Counted from the stretch's first letter, positions 25,934 to 41,029 are shown. The stretch: 64,000 nucleotides of DNA from Tubulanus polymorphus (GCF_964204645.1 NC_134026.1:3619950-3683949), one strand, 5' to 3'. Program-made: numbers and translations. The notes: generated from the letters alone by a model not told the origin.

Positions 25934-26931
25934 CTGAAAGACACGAAAATAACAGAAATGTTAATGAAATGAAAAATATAACATAATTCAAGAGGTGTCC
26001 CCGTCATGATTAGCTCGCCATCTGAAGAGATAACTTTTTTCAGATTGATTTCGTCTTTAATTTTCTCGACAAATCTAAGACAACAGACGAAAATAATCTG
26101 CCTTAACAGCGAAACTTTAATTTAGGTAAATATTTGAATACGACAAACACCGATTTATACGTCGTTGTCAAAGACGATGAGAGAGAGAGAAGACATAATT
26201 CAAGTTGATATTAGCCGATAAAATCAAGTCATCGTCAGCAATACCCTGGAGGCCATAGTTCTGTTCAATTACTGTTGCATTTCACTGTATAAATCACGGC
26301 AATCGTATTCAATGTGTCAACGAGATTAATAACAAAATCAGACGCGTGTCAATTCTTGTGATATTTTCCAGAAAATGAAAGTTCTCCGGGGATAGGTCGT
26401 CGCAGAAATTTACTCCGCGCGGCGAAGTGAAGTGAGCGAGAAATCGAGAGAGAGAGAGAAAGAAACTGAAATCTAGCGCTGATGAAAATTGATGCGCTCG
26501 AGATTCGTACATTTTGATCGATCATTGACACGAAAATCGAAAACAGATGAAGATTTCGCCTACGATTCACGGGACAATTGATTCGAAATTCATTATGTTT
26601 TACTTCAATCGCGATTCGAATGCGAACAAAATACAAGATACAATGGTCAAAGTTAGCGCTACACCTACAGTCTGGACAGCATTGAGAGACATCTAAGAAA
26701 ACGCCAATACTTGCGCACTAGGGTTCCAATTAACGGCTACGGACAGGGGTCAGTCTACGACTTTGAACATTTTTCCGAACTTTGATGGCCCTTTCACGCC
26801 GTATTAAACTAAATTACGAGCGCATGGTTGGACGTTGTTGTTTACTAAATCCCCCGGAGAAATTACGTGGAGTAAAAGTAGATCATGCATTCGCGTAGGC
26901 GACGCGTTAATTCGATTAGAGCTTCATTTAC

Positions 26932-27122
26932 CTGTTGACAAACTCGACGGGATGTGTACGGCCTCCTGATCGTCGCTTTCAACCACACAGATTTCAGCAT
27001 CGTCGTCCTCGTGGTCCGAATCTGGGTCAATATCGCCATAGTTGCGTGAATTATCTAGTACTGGCCCGTTACTGCTACCACCACTCGACTGGGACTGTTG
27101 AGATGGAGTCAACATTAAACGC
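26932..27122 (-). CDS. Tbx2/3: Tbx2/3 exon 5 (Ser-rich/acidic region after the T-box)
   Basis: Acceptor cgtattttacag|G and donor ACAG|gtaaat. It reads (K)RLMLTPSQQSQSSGGSS...DIDPDSDHEDDDAEICVVESDDQE...SLST. Phases 2/1 fit both neighbours. Confidence 0.9.
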
Positions 27123-29138
27123 CTGTAAAATACGAAACACAAAATTTAAGAATGATACAACATTGTCGTTGTTTTGATACATGCTGTCTTGTATAAAAGT
27201 TTAACTCCAAATAAAAAAATTCAAACACTACAAATTCATCCATTGTATTTCTAATCAAGGCCAGAGTCTGCATGAAAGTGCTGAAGCGTCGTCTGAAAAC
27301 CGATCTTTAATTCTAGGTAGACAAAACCTTCAATAATACGGTTTTCATTCAGCGAATCTAGACTTTCGTCGTTTGATTCTATAAGGGCCACATTTCTATT
27401 ACATCACAGACGTCCAGAACCTAATCGTATCTAGCAGATGAGCGAAATTATTCCACACAAATAGTCGAAAATCGTATTTACTGGTTGTTCAAGTGGTGCA
27501 GATTGTGGACGCGATTTCTACGATATTTATCACCAATTCAACGCGAATGAATGTGATCAAGGATTTGTAAAGCTTCTCAGAACAGTCCGGTGACCGTCGA
27601 GATCTAAGCCAATTACCATGATGAAAATGAAGTCAGCTTAGCGTGCATAGTTAACTCGCATTTAAGCGATTTTCAAGAGGATTGTGCGTCGCGATCTTTG
27701 GCGAAATTGGTTACAACATTAGCCGAAGAAATGCTAAATCCTGTCATCGTTAATACGATTGTTGATTAGGATGAATTCTTCATAAGTGGGGAACAAGCGG
27801 CAAGAATTGACCCGAGAACAGCCGAGGCGAGTAAATTTGGCACCAATTTGGACCTATTCACTCCTCGATTGCTGCCTAAATGGCGATCTAATTTGTGGTC
27901 TTCGAAACATAAGCATTTGTCCACCGTAACGACATCACAGTAGACAATCAACACAATTGGATGAAATTTGTGTTGAAGCACCTCTGGAGTGTCCCTCTCC
28001 GACACTCGTGGCGCTGCGACTTCGTGACTGTCGGGGCAATGACAAACACTCGATAAGCAGTCGGATATGTAATCGAAGATGTATCGAATCGAATTTGAAA
28101 ATACGAATCGCCCAGCAACAACTGGTCTTTTCCACGAAATATTAGACTTGTACAATTAAAACTAATGGAACAGCCGTAACCGATAAAATCATAATCTATC
28201 ACGCAGTGTCAATTCTTTGACACTTTATATCGACTATATTTTTTTTCCGTTTTAAACATTTCAATAAATTTCATCTCTTGAAAGCTGCTGCGTGACTTCA
28301 GATAGTTAAAATAAGTAAAGAATAATTTCACTGATTTAACCGATAGCGACAATAAAATATTGCCGTATAACCAAACACCTGCAGTCTAGTTTCAGCAAAG
28401 TGGATATCGTATAAGTGCAATTTATAAGCAAATGATTAAAACGAAAATGGTCGACGAACACGAAAGTGTAAAATGCTGAAGTTTCAACGGAGCTGGGTTG
28501 GTTTTGTTATATTTAATGTGAAATCTATCACGCTACGTACCGCTACACATATTGTCCGCGGACGGAAGCTATTAAGACCTAACCAGACGGTTTGCCGGAA
28601 ATTTCCGGATAGACTTGGCGCCTAACGTGGAATCACAACAGACGTTGGTTTAGCCGTAGCACATGCAATTACCAATAACGTTATATCCTTGGTTTTTGCG
28701 ATAAAGTTTCTTCGAAAGATCGATCGTCGTATTAATTGTTAAAAGAACATCCCCATTTGCAAGGATACGTTTATTTGTACTATTCGAGCCTATACTACAG
28801 GCATTTTGAATAAATAGTGCGATTTAAACTGCGTACTAATTACATCGGATGGGCAGCATATTTTCTATAGGAAGCTACACGTCTCATTGTGTATTTAGGC
28901 TCCCAAAAGATTATTCAGATATGATAATATATGAAACATTAATATAATATGACTTTGACGAATTAATGGCATTTCTGATTAATTCACGTTTGTAACTATT
29001 GTTGCGAATATCGACAAAGGCATCGCTTCATGTGACGGCTTCAACTGCTGTGACAGTCCGGAATTATCACGCTATCCGAATACTTGGCCGCTTTTGTGAC
29101 CGAGAGGAAAAATGCATCGGACACGAAATGATACTCAC

Positions 29139-29215
29139 TTCTTCTCCCGTTTGCCGCTTCCTGTGTCTCTGAAACCCTTAGCGAACGGATTGTGGTCTAT
29201 TTTCAACTGCGTGAT
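29139..29215 (-). CDS. Tbx2/3: Tbx2/3 exon 4 (end of T-box); not in the supplied ORF track
   Basis: Acceptor tttctttgcag|ATC and donor AA|gtgagt. It reads [25 protein letters not shown], the canonical T-box C-terminal signature. Confidence 0.97.
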
Positions 29216-29725
29216 CTGCAAAGAAACGGAAGACGTTCAGAAAGATTTAAACAACGACGATAGATGGCTTTAACGCCGCCGCACGAAAATTCTTCAACGC
29301 GGCGGCGTTTGCGAGAGAAAAAAAATTAGCAATATATGAATCATCGCGTTCGACGCCGATATCGAGGGGAGATATTCGATACTAGGCGAGGAGGGAGGTG
29401 GGGATCGTATCACCCCGATCTAAGAAATTCTTAGTTGTCACGTCACGCGAGCTGGCTTAGCACGCAGGCCCGAAATTCCTTTGAATTTGGGAACCGCTAA
29501 TACCTCTCTTAATACACTTCACGTGGGTTGAAATTGCTGATGGAATGAAAAAAGACACGTCGTTGGCAAGCCAATCGGTTTGTGAAATCTTCTTTGATGT
29601 TTTTTTAAAATTTTTTTTCAATTTAGAATTGGGCTTCATTTCAGTCACGGAATCAGGCTCAAAAACTGGATGAAATCACAATCACCTTCCATGTGAATTC
29701 GACCAACTACAATTTAACTTCGGGA

Positions 29726-29755
29726 TTTCCGATTTTAAAATCAAATCCCCTGTTT
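29726..29755 (+). repeat. Dispersed repeat fragment, copy 2 (pairs with 12489-12517), in Tbx2/3 intron 3
   Basis: Same orientation as copy 1; see that entry. Confidence 0.6.
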
Positions 29756-31270
29756 CGATCGCGGCTGGTGTATTCAAATCAAATCAAATATGAAACAATA
29801 ACGATCGCCTTTATGAAATTAATCACCATTTAAATCGTCTTTTGGTGAATTTGTAACAATCTCACGGAGCTGTTTTTCACAAATGACAGGTGTCCGACGA
29901 CTGTTTTTAGCAGTTTGTAAATGCGGACAACGTCGACTAAAGCAGGCGGCGCCATAAGAGTTCAATCGGGTTAACAGCTTACTCGAGAGGTTACAACCCC
30001 AACCAACACTGTTATCGATAATTGTTGGTCGTAATTTCACACTCGGACTTACTAATATTGTGTGATTACCCCGAGTTGACGTGTCACGCAAGCCTTATTG
30101 TGTCCCAGTGTGGAATTATCACTAGTCACCAACTTCGACTTACAAAGTTTTATCTCCTCATTAACACCAGAGTCGACGTTAGTCCACGCTTCTTCTGTTG
30201 TGCTATTATCGCCACAATGCGACCGTAATTAAGTGACCGTCTAGGCCAGGTGAATCGAAACCCTTCTTTTTCACAACTTTGCACCCCATTCACAACGTCA
30301 GCAAAGTCGCTAATAAGCGAAGCCGCGTTGTTAGAAGCCCCATTGGAAACGAAGTGTTTTATTTCATCATCAATAACGATTCCTACTGGTGAAGATGCGA
30401 CTATCGTAAAACAAGCCGTACTTATAAAAGATTCTTTCTGAAGAATAGACACCGATTTCTTTGTGGTTTTTACGAGTTAATTTGGATGATTAGCGAATTG
30501 GTGATGGCGTTTATTGCCTGTGCACACTAGAGACGATCTGTCATCCAGTTTGTATGTCTTCGACTCCGGTTTCAACTGTCATATTACCGATTGCGACGCT
30601 GCTAGCGCTGACAATCAGACTGAGTCACGCGAACATCCCGATGTGTTTTTGTCTTCGGCGCAGAAAATTAAGACCCGGCTTTTTTACAGCGATGAAGCGT
30701 CTATTTTGTTTTACTTTGTTTTTATGAACTGAACGTTAATGGACGACGCAGTTTTTAAAGTCATTTTATTGTTCCAAAGTGTTAAATCATAAAGCACTTC
30801 GATAAATGAATTGGATTGAGAAGTGGGATGGCGTGTTCGAATTTTTTAGCCTCGCGATAGGGATTGTCCCTTTGATTTATGGACACAAAAACTTGCAACA
30901 AAATATCTGGCAACAAAACATATCATAGATAGATACTGAATGATTTTAATTTTTTGTCCGAATGTGTAAAGTGATGCTCTGATAAACTATCGAAATGAAT
31001 AATTCAAAATGATAGCAATGGCGCGATGAAACAATATAGGTCGCGGTCGAATACGTTTTGTACATTTTCAGTTTACATATTTATAGACATATATCTGTTA
31101 ATGTGGATGATAATAGGTCTCCAGGAATAATACCGCATTTGAAAAATTAATTTGAGAACGCAATAGAAAATTCAGTTGATAAATTCTGACAAGTTGTAGC
31201 TATTTCTCATAAGATCAAAACGATAGTTACGTAATATGAACCGATCTTCGTAAAATTCGATGTTTCTTAC

Positions 31271-31417
31271 CTTTTCATTTTGATAAGCCGTCACTGCGAT
31301 GAACTGAGTTTCTTTGAACACGTAGGTTCTGAACTGGCTGTACGGCAACTTCAGAATATCGTTCGCTCTGACCAGATGAAATCGGGGCTGATACTTATGC
31401 ATCGAATTCAAAATAGT
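31271..31417 (-). CDS. Tbx2/3: Tbx2/3 exon 3 (T-box)
   Basis: Acceptor aatttttcag|ACT and donor AAG|gtaaga; 147 nt. It reads [49 protein letters not shown]. Confidence 0.98.
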
Positions 31418-34400
31418 CTGAAAAATTCACAAAAACACCGGATCCATGAATAAAAGAATTTCGACGAGTGCAAGGAGGACATGCATAGTTTGGTGTGTTA
31501 TTTTATATTCAACGCAGAAATAATCGTAGATTCATTAATTATTTGCATATTCGCGATAACAGTGGCGCCATTTGTGAAACCAGCTTCTCAGACACAAAAA
31601 AAACGTCTCGGATTTTTCAATTAGGAAGTGTGGCTGGGACTGCTTTATTACGCATTTTGAACCGAGTTTTTTGATCATGCAAATCGCGCTGCGCTCACGG
31701 AGTCATTATCGTCACCGGGATGTGGTCCTGGGGCAAGTCGGTGCGTAGTTGAGGATGTTTTTACGCCGAACGGCACGATCGCCTATATTTTCGCTGTTTG
31801 TTCAGGAGTCGGTGCCGGTATCGCATTATCTCGCGTGAACAGAAACAGTCGAGAAAACCGTGCGTGATCGATTCAGCCGACGCGAGCTCCCAGGAACCTA
31901 CTCGATACAGCAAAGCTATTAATGCCACAATTCTATTATATCCGTTCTGATAGAATTTTCTCACATAGAGGCGCCGCATCGTGTAAAATAATTCGCCAGT
32001 CGGGCCTCGGAATATAAATGAATTTATGATAGAATGGCTGTTAATAAAGAGGGGAGACTAATGTGGATGATAAGATACTTAAGACAAGCGAGTACTGAAA
32101 ATTAATGGAGGCGCCGTTTTTACTGCTAAATGTGAGAATATTTAATGACAGCTACGGCGCCGGATTCTGAAAGTCGACGTCAAAGTCAAATGCTTTTCAT
32201 TTGCAAATAAATATGACTAAACTAAACTATATATTACTTGTCATTTCTATGCCGTTAAAAACTCTTTATTTACATATACTGCGTGATATACATAACCAAA
32301 GAGATAGACTGAAGCTTTTGATTTTGAATCATTTCACCGAAATTTCTTTTATAGAAAACACTTTTAATGTAAAATAGATGTACAATTAAATGTGCATATA
32401 TATACAATAGGATGAACGATAATGATTTATAGTTGCTTTCAAAAATCAGTTAATCACACGTGCTCCGTAGATGACAAAGACTATTCAAAATAACGGACGT
32501 ATTTGTATCATTTGTATATAAAATTCGTCACATATGTTACGAAAACTAGATCAGATAATTGGGCCATAATGATTCGTTTGGGATGATAAAAATGTTTGGA
32601 TTTCGAAAAATCTGTCGATACTCGTTGAAAAGCCGATAGAAAAGACAGGTAATTCAGCCGCGTTTAAATAGCAATTTTACAGCGGCACAGGTGGCCCAAA
32701 TCGCTTTTTCAGGGACTAGTTTAACCGGGTTTAGATTGTTATTAATGAAATGGAATGATACGTGACGCCGAAACAAATTTTTTATTCTAATTGTTACTTC
32801 CTTGTTGAATTATCAAACTATGGTCGACATTTAAGTATGCCAAGAATTTAGAATAGACCCAAGCAGCTTGCGGGGAACAATGTCATAAAACTATTACCCG
32901 GTGGTCACATATTTATTTACTTCAGTGAATCATTATCATATTTTCAACAAAAATCATCACTTTATTTTGCCTTTCAAACTCACAGTTTTATATACGATAT
33001 CGATCACGAAAAGGATTTCAAAACTCACACGACACGAATTTCGCGAAGAAATGTCAAATCCGCTCCAGATATGACAGGAAACTATGAATGAAACTTTCCG
33101 CTTTGATTGGGAATTTTTAGCGAGAAAAAATATCTTATTCTTAAGGCCAGCCGTCGTAATTATAAACAAGGCCATCTTCAAAGCGTCGATAATGCGACGC
33201 GCCACAGCGGGACTACTCGGGCAGCCGAGATTAAAATTCACGACAAAATAGATTTTGGTCCGAACCATCATCAAACGTTTATGTTATATCGACATAGAGC
33301 TTCAGTTGATGAGAAGGGTGAAACGGATTTCACGGTTAGATTCGTCCAGGCCGCGTTCGTCCCGCCTCTCGAATTAATAAGCAAGATGGATGGGGCTTTG
33401 ATGTCCAGTGACCAGACATTTAGATAATACGATCGGACAAGTTTCATCGTTTCGGCCTGTAATTATTCGGTTATACTGCTTCCTCTTGAAGTTTCTTTGT
33501 CGTCACCAAATCGCGGCAGTTTTTACGCGCTCCAGATTGGTCATGTGATTTAATCACATCGCGGACTCGCGATCGTCATTTGCATAAAAGTAGAGCGCAG
33601 ACGAAAAGTTATTGTTGTTTTATGGTCGAAGTGATGGGCATTTTTGCACACGGCAGAAAATGGCTCTTACAAGAAGAATATCAATTCTGTGCCTTAAAAC
33701 GCGTACAACAAAAGGGCAGGGCATCAAAATTATACTCATTCGGGGTCCCTTGTGTTTTTTTACTTCGCTTTATAACATAGAAGTACTATTATATAACTTT
33801 TTCTTAGTCATGAATACATTTTTGTACCGCACTCTTTAAAAAAGAAACTAATCACAAAGTAAAAATAAAGATATATACCGTATCTTAAATTGCACCGATT
33901 ACGACAGTTCGGGGAAATGATGGATTCCTATATTACATATCTAAACTAATTCGCACGCGGGGGTTATACATTTATATATTTCATATCGTCCTAAAGGAAA
34001 AGATAAGTGAATATATATATTCGATAAATAGAGCGTTCGTTATCATATACGGGTTTAGTACATTCTTACGAGTCGGGAAATAACGATGCCTGGAAGAATC
34101 GTTTTATCGTTTAGTGTTGCGGTACGAGGCGCGCAAAGTTTACGACGATGGAAGACCACATGTCATCACGAATTTCCAACAATTTAAAACACGACCGAAA
34201 CCGACGTAGATGGGGATTTGAAATATGTGACGTGTCTTTGACGGCGACGGCGAACACGTTTTCGACTGAAGCCGCGACGATTCGCAGTTTCTTTAGTACG
34301 TGATTCGAGCACGGATTGCTGCAATAGTACCACCATTTCCGACGATTAAATTAATTCAAACAATTTTTCAACAATAACATCGCATTTTATGCGCCGCGTA

Positions 34401-37400
34401 AATTGAAATGCCGGCGACGTAACGTGACGATTTCACGCCGGTTCTGGCAGCCTCGCCGAATGATCGATGACGACGTCGACAAACCGCACCAGATCACGTT
34501 CGACCAACAATTGCCAACTCCGGTAAAAACATCTTCAAAGTATTAAACGCGGACTTTCGAAAGGAACGTTGAAAAGTTTACCGATTATTACTGGCATTGA
34601 ATGAAGAGTACTCCATTAAGGTGAGCTGGTTTGCACCCCGGACCACCCAGCGCCCATTGTTTCACCTAAACATTCTCCATTGCGCGGACACGTTCCGTAT
34701 TCGATTATGAATGATAAATCGCTTGTCATAAATTTGATAGCAACATTCTCAAACGAGATGCGAGTGATGCTGATAGGGTCGGGATGGTATTCTCAGTTCG
34801 CTCTCCGTTTAATGAAATAGTAATACGCGATATATGTAAAAAAAATACACGAATAAAAATGGAGATAAAACGTATTGAATTTTTTTTATCCGTGACAAAA
34901 CCCTCAAAGAGAACGCACTGCACAATGGCGTTATCTATCGCCACGATCAAATTTGAAATGAGTTTTTTTCCGAAGAGCTTCTACTACTGACACTCCGAGC
35001 GCCATAGCCGACCAGATAATATCTATGTGACGTGCGTGCGACCCTTCCCATGGAACGCAACACAATAAAACTTCTAACATCCTACTGTGCGGATATTGTC
35101 ATTTTATTGGTCACTTGATGGGTCGATCTCGTCAGGTGGTCGGTTTCATTCCGGTTTCCAGCTTGGCATTGTGGGCGCTGTGTACGTTTAAGAATATAAA
35201 ATGAGTAAGATGTTTCATGAGGTGAATAAAAGCTATATGTAGGATCGGGTTACAGAACACTAGAAAGCGGGATTCAGTTTTCGTTGCTTATTACGCAGGT
35301 GTAAGCTAGTAAGTAGTCAACCAAGGCGTCAATTCATGTCCACATGTATGGGTATATAAAAGATATATATGTATATAAACAGACACAGACAAACATATAA
35401 GCTACGCATAAAAAATGTATTATTAAAGCCTCTAAAACACACGGTTATAACTAAAAATTAGAAACATAACGGTTTTCTAAAAAAACGCTAAAAGTGCGCA
35501 TGCGTGCATAATGAATAAACAAATGGTGTCCTCACCGTTTCCATGGCTCTACGCTCCTCACGTGAGAGCATTGTTGACGCATTGTTGAACGGGTCCAGAG
35601 ACAGGACTTGCTGTAGAAAAGAGGAAAATTCACTAAAACCGTGCCCAATTCAATATGCATGTTTGGCGTTTGACAAAAAACGCCCGGTCATTCAGTTAAT
35701 ACGTTATGGACAATGACTACTTCACGTTAAAATGGTCGACGATGGTTCGGGTGCTTAGATCGGGAGACTGGTCTCGAGCCGGGACGCCCGAGGCCCGTCG
35801 TATATTCAGGTCGCAGTTTAAACTCATAGTAAACACTCTTGGAGCCAATTTAAGCGAAAATTCTGGAGTGGTTCAAAACATGTTATCATAAGTGGTGCCG
35901 GTTTAATAGCGACTAGCTGCGCAGGCTCGAGCGATAAGTAGCACATAATGACTTCTTCATCAAAAGTCGAACCCACTACACGTCACAAAAACGACAATCA
36001 ATGTTCTTGCATAATCGTACGTACCGTACATGTCATTATGCAAAACGCAATTCGATATGCATATACATAACAATAGCTGACTGGCGAAAAAGTAATCATA
36101 AATTTTCTGGATACAAAAATATACACCGCAATTTTTGTATTTCAGTGCGTGCATGTTGCTCGACGTTTCGGGCACGGGTTTGTGTTTTCCTCCAACTAAT
36201 AGCAAGTAGCGACACCTAGACCATGTCCCATGAGAGAAATATTAAGAAAAAAATCAACGAAAAGGTGACGAAAAAAATTTATTTATATGTGCGCTATAAG
36301 TGTGGTTTAGCTGAGATAAGCTGATGTGTGTTTTATGAAATAAAACGATTTTGCAATGCAGGACTTTTCGATCCGATAATCGGAGCCCCGTCGAAATAAC
36401 CAACACCAAACGATCAACAGCGAAACATATCTTTACAAAGTCGAGGGAGTTTGACTTTGAATCCGGCTTCGTTTACACAGCGAGACAAAATACACCCGAT
36501 GAGGGGACAAAACGGCTTGTTTATTCTCCAACCACCAGCCTCTAACAAAGCACAAACAAACTACACAACCGAAATAGTCTGAACGAACAAAGATAACGCA
36601 TTGTGCTTATAATTGAGGGGAGGATAATCCGGACTCAGCCCCTGACAAACAAAATTACTAATATCATAATAAATCGACGACGAAAGTTTTCTCCCTGGAA
36701 ACTGCGCAAACTTCAATATGTACATTAGGAATATTCATAACTCGTTATTGATCGAGTTGAGAATGAGGGCTAAACGTCAACAGCCGTTAGAAAGGATGCA
36801 TGCGGGTTGTAAGATTCGGTTAAAACCGTTATTATAGAAACTGGCGTCTTTTTTGTGTATAGTTCTCTTGTGAGTAGATTCGTCGTAGTCATCGTCGTGG
36901 TGAAATGCAATTAATTACGAGGACACCGAGTTCGTGTTTTGTAATTAACCAATAGTCATCCAGTCTCGACAATCCAATCAGTCGCCTAAGCCCGCCTGAT
37001 TTATGTAACACCTTAGTCGATAAAGTGCCGCGTCTCGTATCCAAGGTATAATTATTAATGGGATTAACATGGTAAGAATTGCTACACGGCTATCTTCGCC
37101 CGCGCGTGTACTGTATATAGTTACAAATGGATGGAAAATGCACACAGATTCAGTCACTGGAAAACACTGATAAAAACTGAACAAAAGCGCATCAATGACC
37201 GACATGCGAACTAATGCGGCAACACTGTCCTCATCCGGCGCCAATGACTGCTGCGAATCGTCTTGTGTGTCAAGGTCGCAACAAAGATGGCGACTAGAAC
37301 TTACATATTTAGAAAAAAAGATCTAACAAATGTCGTTGCCATTTCACCCTCTTCGCTTTAATATGGATAGGCAGGCGTCGTATTGTTGGCGCTATGTTGG

Positions 37401-39992
37401 TTTATGTTTCAACAGAGAAAGGGCTGGGGATTTATGTTTTGCTAGCCCCGTGACTCTCATCGATGCATACAAGAGTAATCAAATAGAAAAGGCCTCTTGA
37501 GCCGGGTGACGGATTGTCCAGTCTAAAACAGATAAATAGCGTTTCCACAAGTGTTCTCCAGTTTCCACTTCAGTATTTCAGTACATACGGACCTCCAGAG
37601 GAGACGAGCCATTGTAAAATAGTCAAGGACCCCAACCCCTTTTGACTCAACAAGTTGAGAGCTATTGTTCTACGATGATGGCATCGAGTGGTTGGCAAAC
37701 GGTTTCATATAGTTTGCATATCTCGTATTCACACTTTTTGACCCGACTTTTTACACATATAAATATATAGTTTTTAGCGGGGGGAAATAGAAGCAATATT
37801 TCGACATTCTTTACAATTTCCCAGTAGTATCTCAATCTCCATGCACGATAAGATTTTAGCTCGTTTATATTTTGCTGTTGCATATTAAGAATTTTTTGAG
37901 CGCGCCGCGACGGACAAGATACATCAATAGTAATCAAAATCATTCCACCTTATCGTTTTTGATCGGAAGGTTCTTATATCTAAACGTTTCATTCATAAAC
38001 ATACATAACATAAGCAGTATACAAGTTGAAAGCGAAGCCGGCGTTTATAGATATAAGAGATTTGAGCAGCACTTAATTCACCGACCAGAGTTACCCAAGT
38101 CGTATCACAATCAAAGCATGGCCACTCTCGTTCGTATATGATATGGCGCCGGTAGAAGGCTTTGTTCAAACGGCTTAAATCTTTCCCATTTGACAATCTA
38201 ATTAAGACCGGACTGCTTTCATATATGACGAGATAAAAGCGTTTGTCGGTTTCGACGTGTCGCTGGTAATTTGGATAAATTTTATCAACGGGAGAAATAT
38301 TTGCCTTCAACGCCGACTCTAGTGTATAAATATATGATTATCCACTCGTGTCTGCTCGAAGCCTATTTGTCGAATACTGCTACATTTCTTTTTTCGCGGA
38401 AGGTCTGAATTTTGGAGTGTTAGTTGTTTTTTTTTCTAAATACCGAAATAGCGTGCGGTTAAGAAATGACCGTTGAATAATTCTAAAATATAGTGGTTTT
38501 CTTTTCAACGTGGCTTTGTATAAACGTATTGATATTAGCCATTAACGAACGGTTTGGTTACTGATTTAATAATGAACTTCCATCGACAAGAATGCAGTAT
38601 ATACAATAAATTATTTATAAAATCGTTTCTTTTTTAACCAATGAAGCCTTAGAAAAATTAGAATAAATCGTAACACTTAATCCACAGCGCTTCTAGGTAC
38701 GGGCTAAGATGGGAATCTTCAATGGGTTGAAAAGTTCATTTTATATCATTCATATGACAATAACGCTAGCTTTATACTTCATCCAACAGATTATTGCATG
38801 ATATTCAGAATTAACAGAAATTTGTATCGTTAAATCTTTTTTCAAAATTATCATTTTCCAATTGATTCGTTTAGCGCCTTGTTAACAGAAATGAAGAAAA
38901 TCAAAACGTATTCATCAATAATTTTTCACAAGATATTCACGCAGGATATATTAATCAAAAGCTACGATGCTACCCTGAATGAGATGTATATAAATATAAT
39001 AACACATGTCAATGAATTACACTTCGCTATATTTTAGCCTGAAGTGATAATACATAGAATTAAGAACGGTCTGATTAATTTTCGTTATATTTCGATCTAT
39101 ATTAATTAAATCCGCGAGCCTTACGGTGATTTTCGGACAATTCAGCCGTCGTTCTAACCGGATTTTGGCGCAAAATCCATACGAATACCGTAAAACCGCG
39201 ACGCTGTTTCTGTCGAGAGAGTAGCCCGTGTAAGTCCTACGATGGATGTGCCAGTCCGCGGACCGTGAAATACGGTCCGGCCGAGGATTTATCACGCCAT
39301 CCGTGTAATTCCCAACAGATACGACACAGCCTTTGATGTCCGAGAAAATATCCGTACGAAGAAAACCTCAATCGAACCGGAATTATATTCGATATGTTCG
39401 CGTTATGGATAATAAGGCGTATTTAATACACGGGAGTAAATGACGACCTGCGGGCAAGTCTGATTGATCTATATGCAATATCAACCACGTCCTCATCGTG
39501 TCAAACTTGAGATTCTAGTTGAAATAATAATAATACATACGCCACGAATAAAGATAGCCAGCAAATATTTCTAATTTTCGAATTTGATGGCGCTATATAA
39601 ATTCATTGAAAATAGCATAATCAATTTCATAAACATTATGGATCTTTTTTTTAATATCAAAATTGATGATTTTTCGGTATCGACGAATCGATACACAATG
39701 GGAAAAAAGCTCGAAATCGTTTTAATGTGCATGTTCTATAGGAATGCGATGCAAAAAAGGGTAATTTTCTATGGAGAACAAGTTAAACAGAATTCCTGAG
39801 TAATGAATCATCGAGGACGGTATTTCTCGGCAGAGAGAAGTCTGCCGAATGATTTTCAAAAAAAAGGATCAAAAATCTGTTCTCTAATTACTCTCGACAG
39901 TGGCAATTTCGACACAAACTTCTTCAAATTCGATTGTAAATTTTCCCGATAAAACTTTTTTTTTAATCGCGACAAAAGCGTTTTACGCGCTG

Positions 39993-40011
39993 ACACACAC
40001 ACACACACACA
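39993..40011. repeat. (AC)n microsatellite
   Basis: About 9 AC units in Tbx2/3 intron 2. Confidence 0.85.
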
Positions 40012-41029
40012 TGTTACAAAAAGAAGCCTTTATATCGGTGTTCGTTTTTAGCCATCGCGGGCTCGGGATAATTTCGTTCAAAGGCCCGCCTCCGTTTGGA
40101 TGGAAATCTGGGCGTTAACATCAAAGAATGCAGGCGTTTTCTGAGAGTTTCTTCGCTTCGTTCTTTCTCCACGTCTAATTATACATCATTAAATGACCCC
40201 TTATTAGTGGAATGATTACCACGCGTTTCCCTCAGATCCACTCCCAGATTCTGTGTGTACGTGTGGCGTGTTCCTTCCTTTGTTTTATTTCGTATCAATT
40301 GCTTCCAATTTATAACGAAATAATCAAATAAAACCCGGACGCGTAATAGAAGCGACGACCTTTATTTTCGTTCGGCGAGAACCGAATCACGCAGATGAAA
40401 TGAATTTCGAGCCTTTGTTGTAAAGACGAGAAAATAAAAACGAGACGTATTCTGAATTGCCGGTCGCGATTTCACGGCTCACGTCGGACTCAATTTGGTA
40501 GGAAACGCAACGAGAAAATTGCACGAAATTACATTGTTCCAGGGCTATTTTGGAACTGGTGAAAATTAGGTGGTATTATGGTGTATTTATCACGGAGCGT
40601 GCGTCTTGCATCCTTCCTTGTGAAAAGCTGCATTTCCATATAATGACCCCCACATCACAAACAATTTGCACCATGTTCGCTAAGATCGACGGCAACGGCG
40701 TCTGCATTAATTTCAGCGTTTCTCCCACCGATGTCACACAGCCCAAAAATTTAATTCGAGCCCCCGTTTTCACGACGTTTCATCGACGCATTTGCAATTC
40801 ATTGTTTCATATCGATAAAATTGTCGTATGATTGCGATTTATATCGCACTTCAAATGAATTAGCGATTTGTTCTTCTAATTATTTCAAATTGATATCAAA
40901 TGATATTTGTGCGTGAAGAGAATGTGCAGTAAATATTTCCTATTTATTTGACTAATATTTCGAGAATAGATACTAGGGTGAAGTAATTGAAAATTTTGGA
41001 GAAGGTTGAATTGTTTAAGATGAAGTGAA

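Noticed and set aside
25934-25991. Hydrophobic 'signal peptide' MNYVIFFISLTFLLFSCLS at the start of the 394-aa ORF
   Set aside because: It is the translated polypyrimidine tract of intron 5. The true exon starts at 25933.
28595-28608. 14-bp palindrome CCGGAAATTTCCGG (also the 16-bp GGTGACTGCAGTCACC at 42723-42738)
   Set aside because: A few palindromes of this length are expected by chance in 64 kb, and there is no supporting context.
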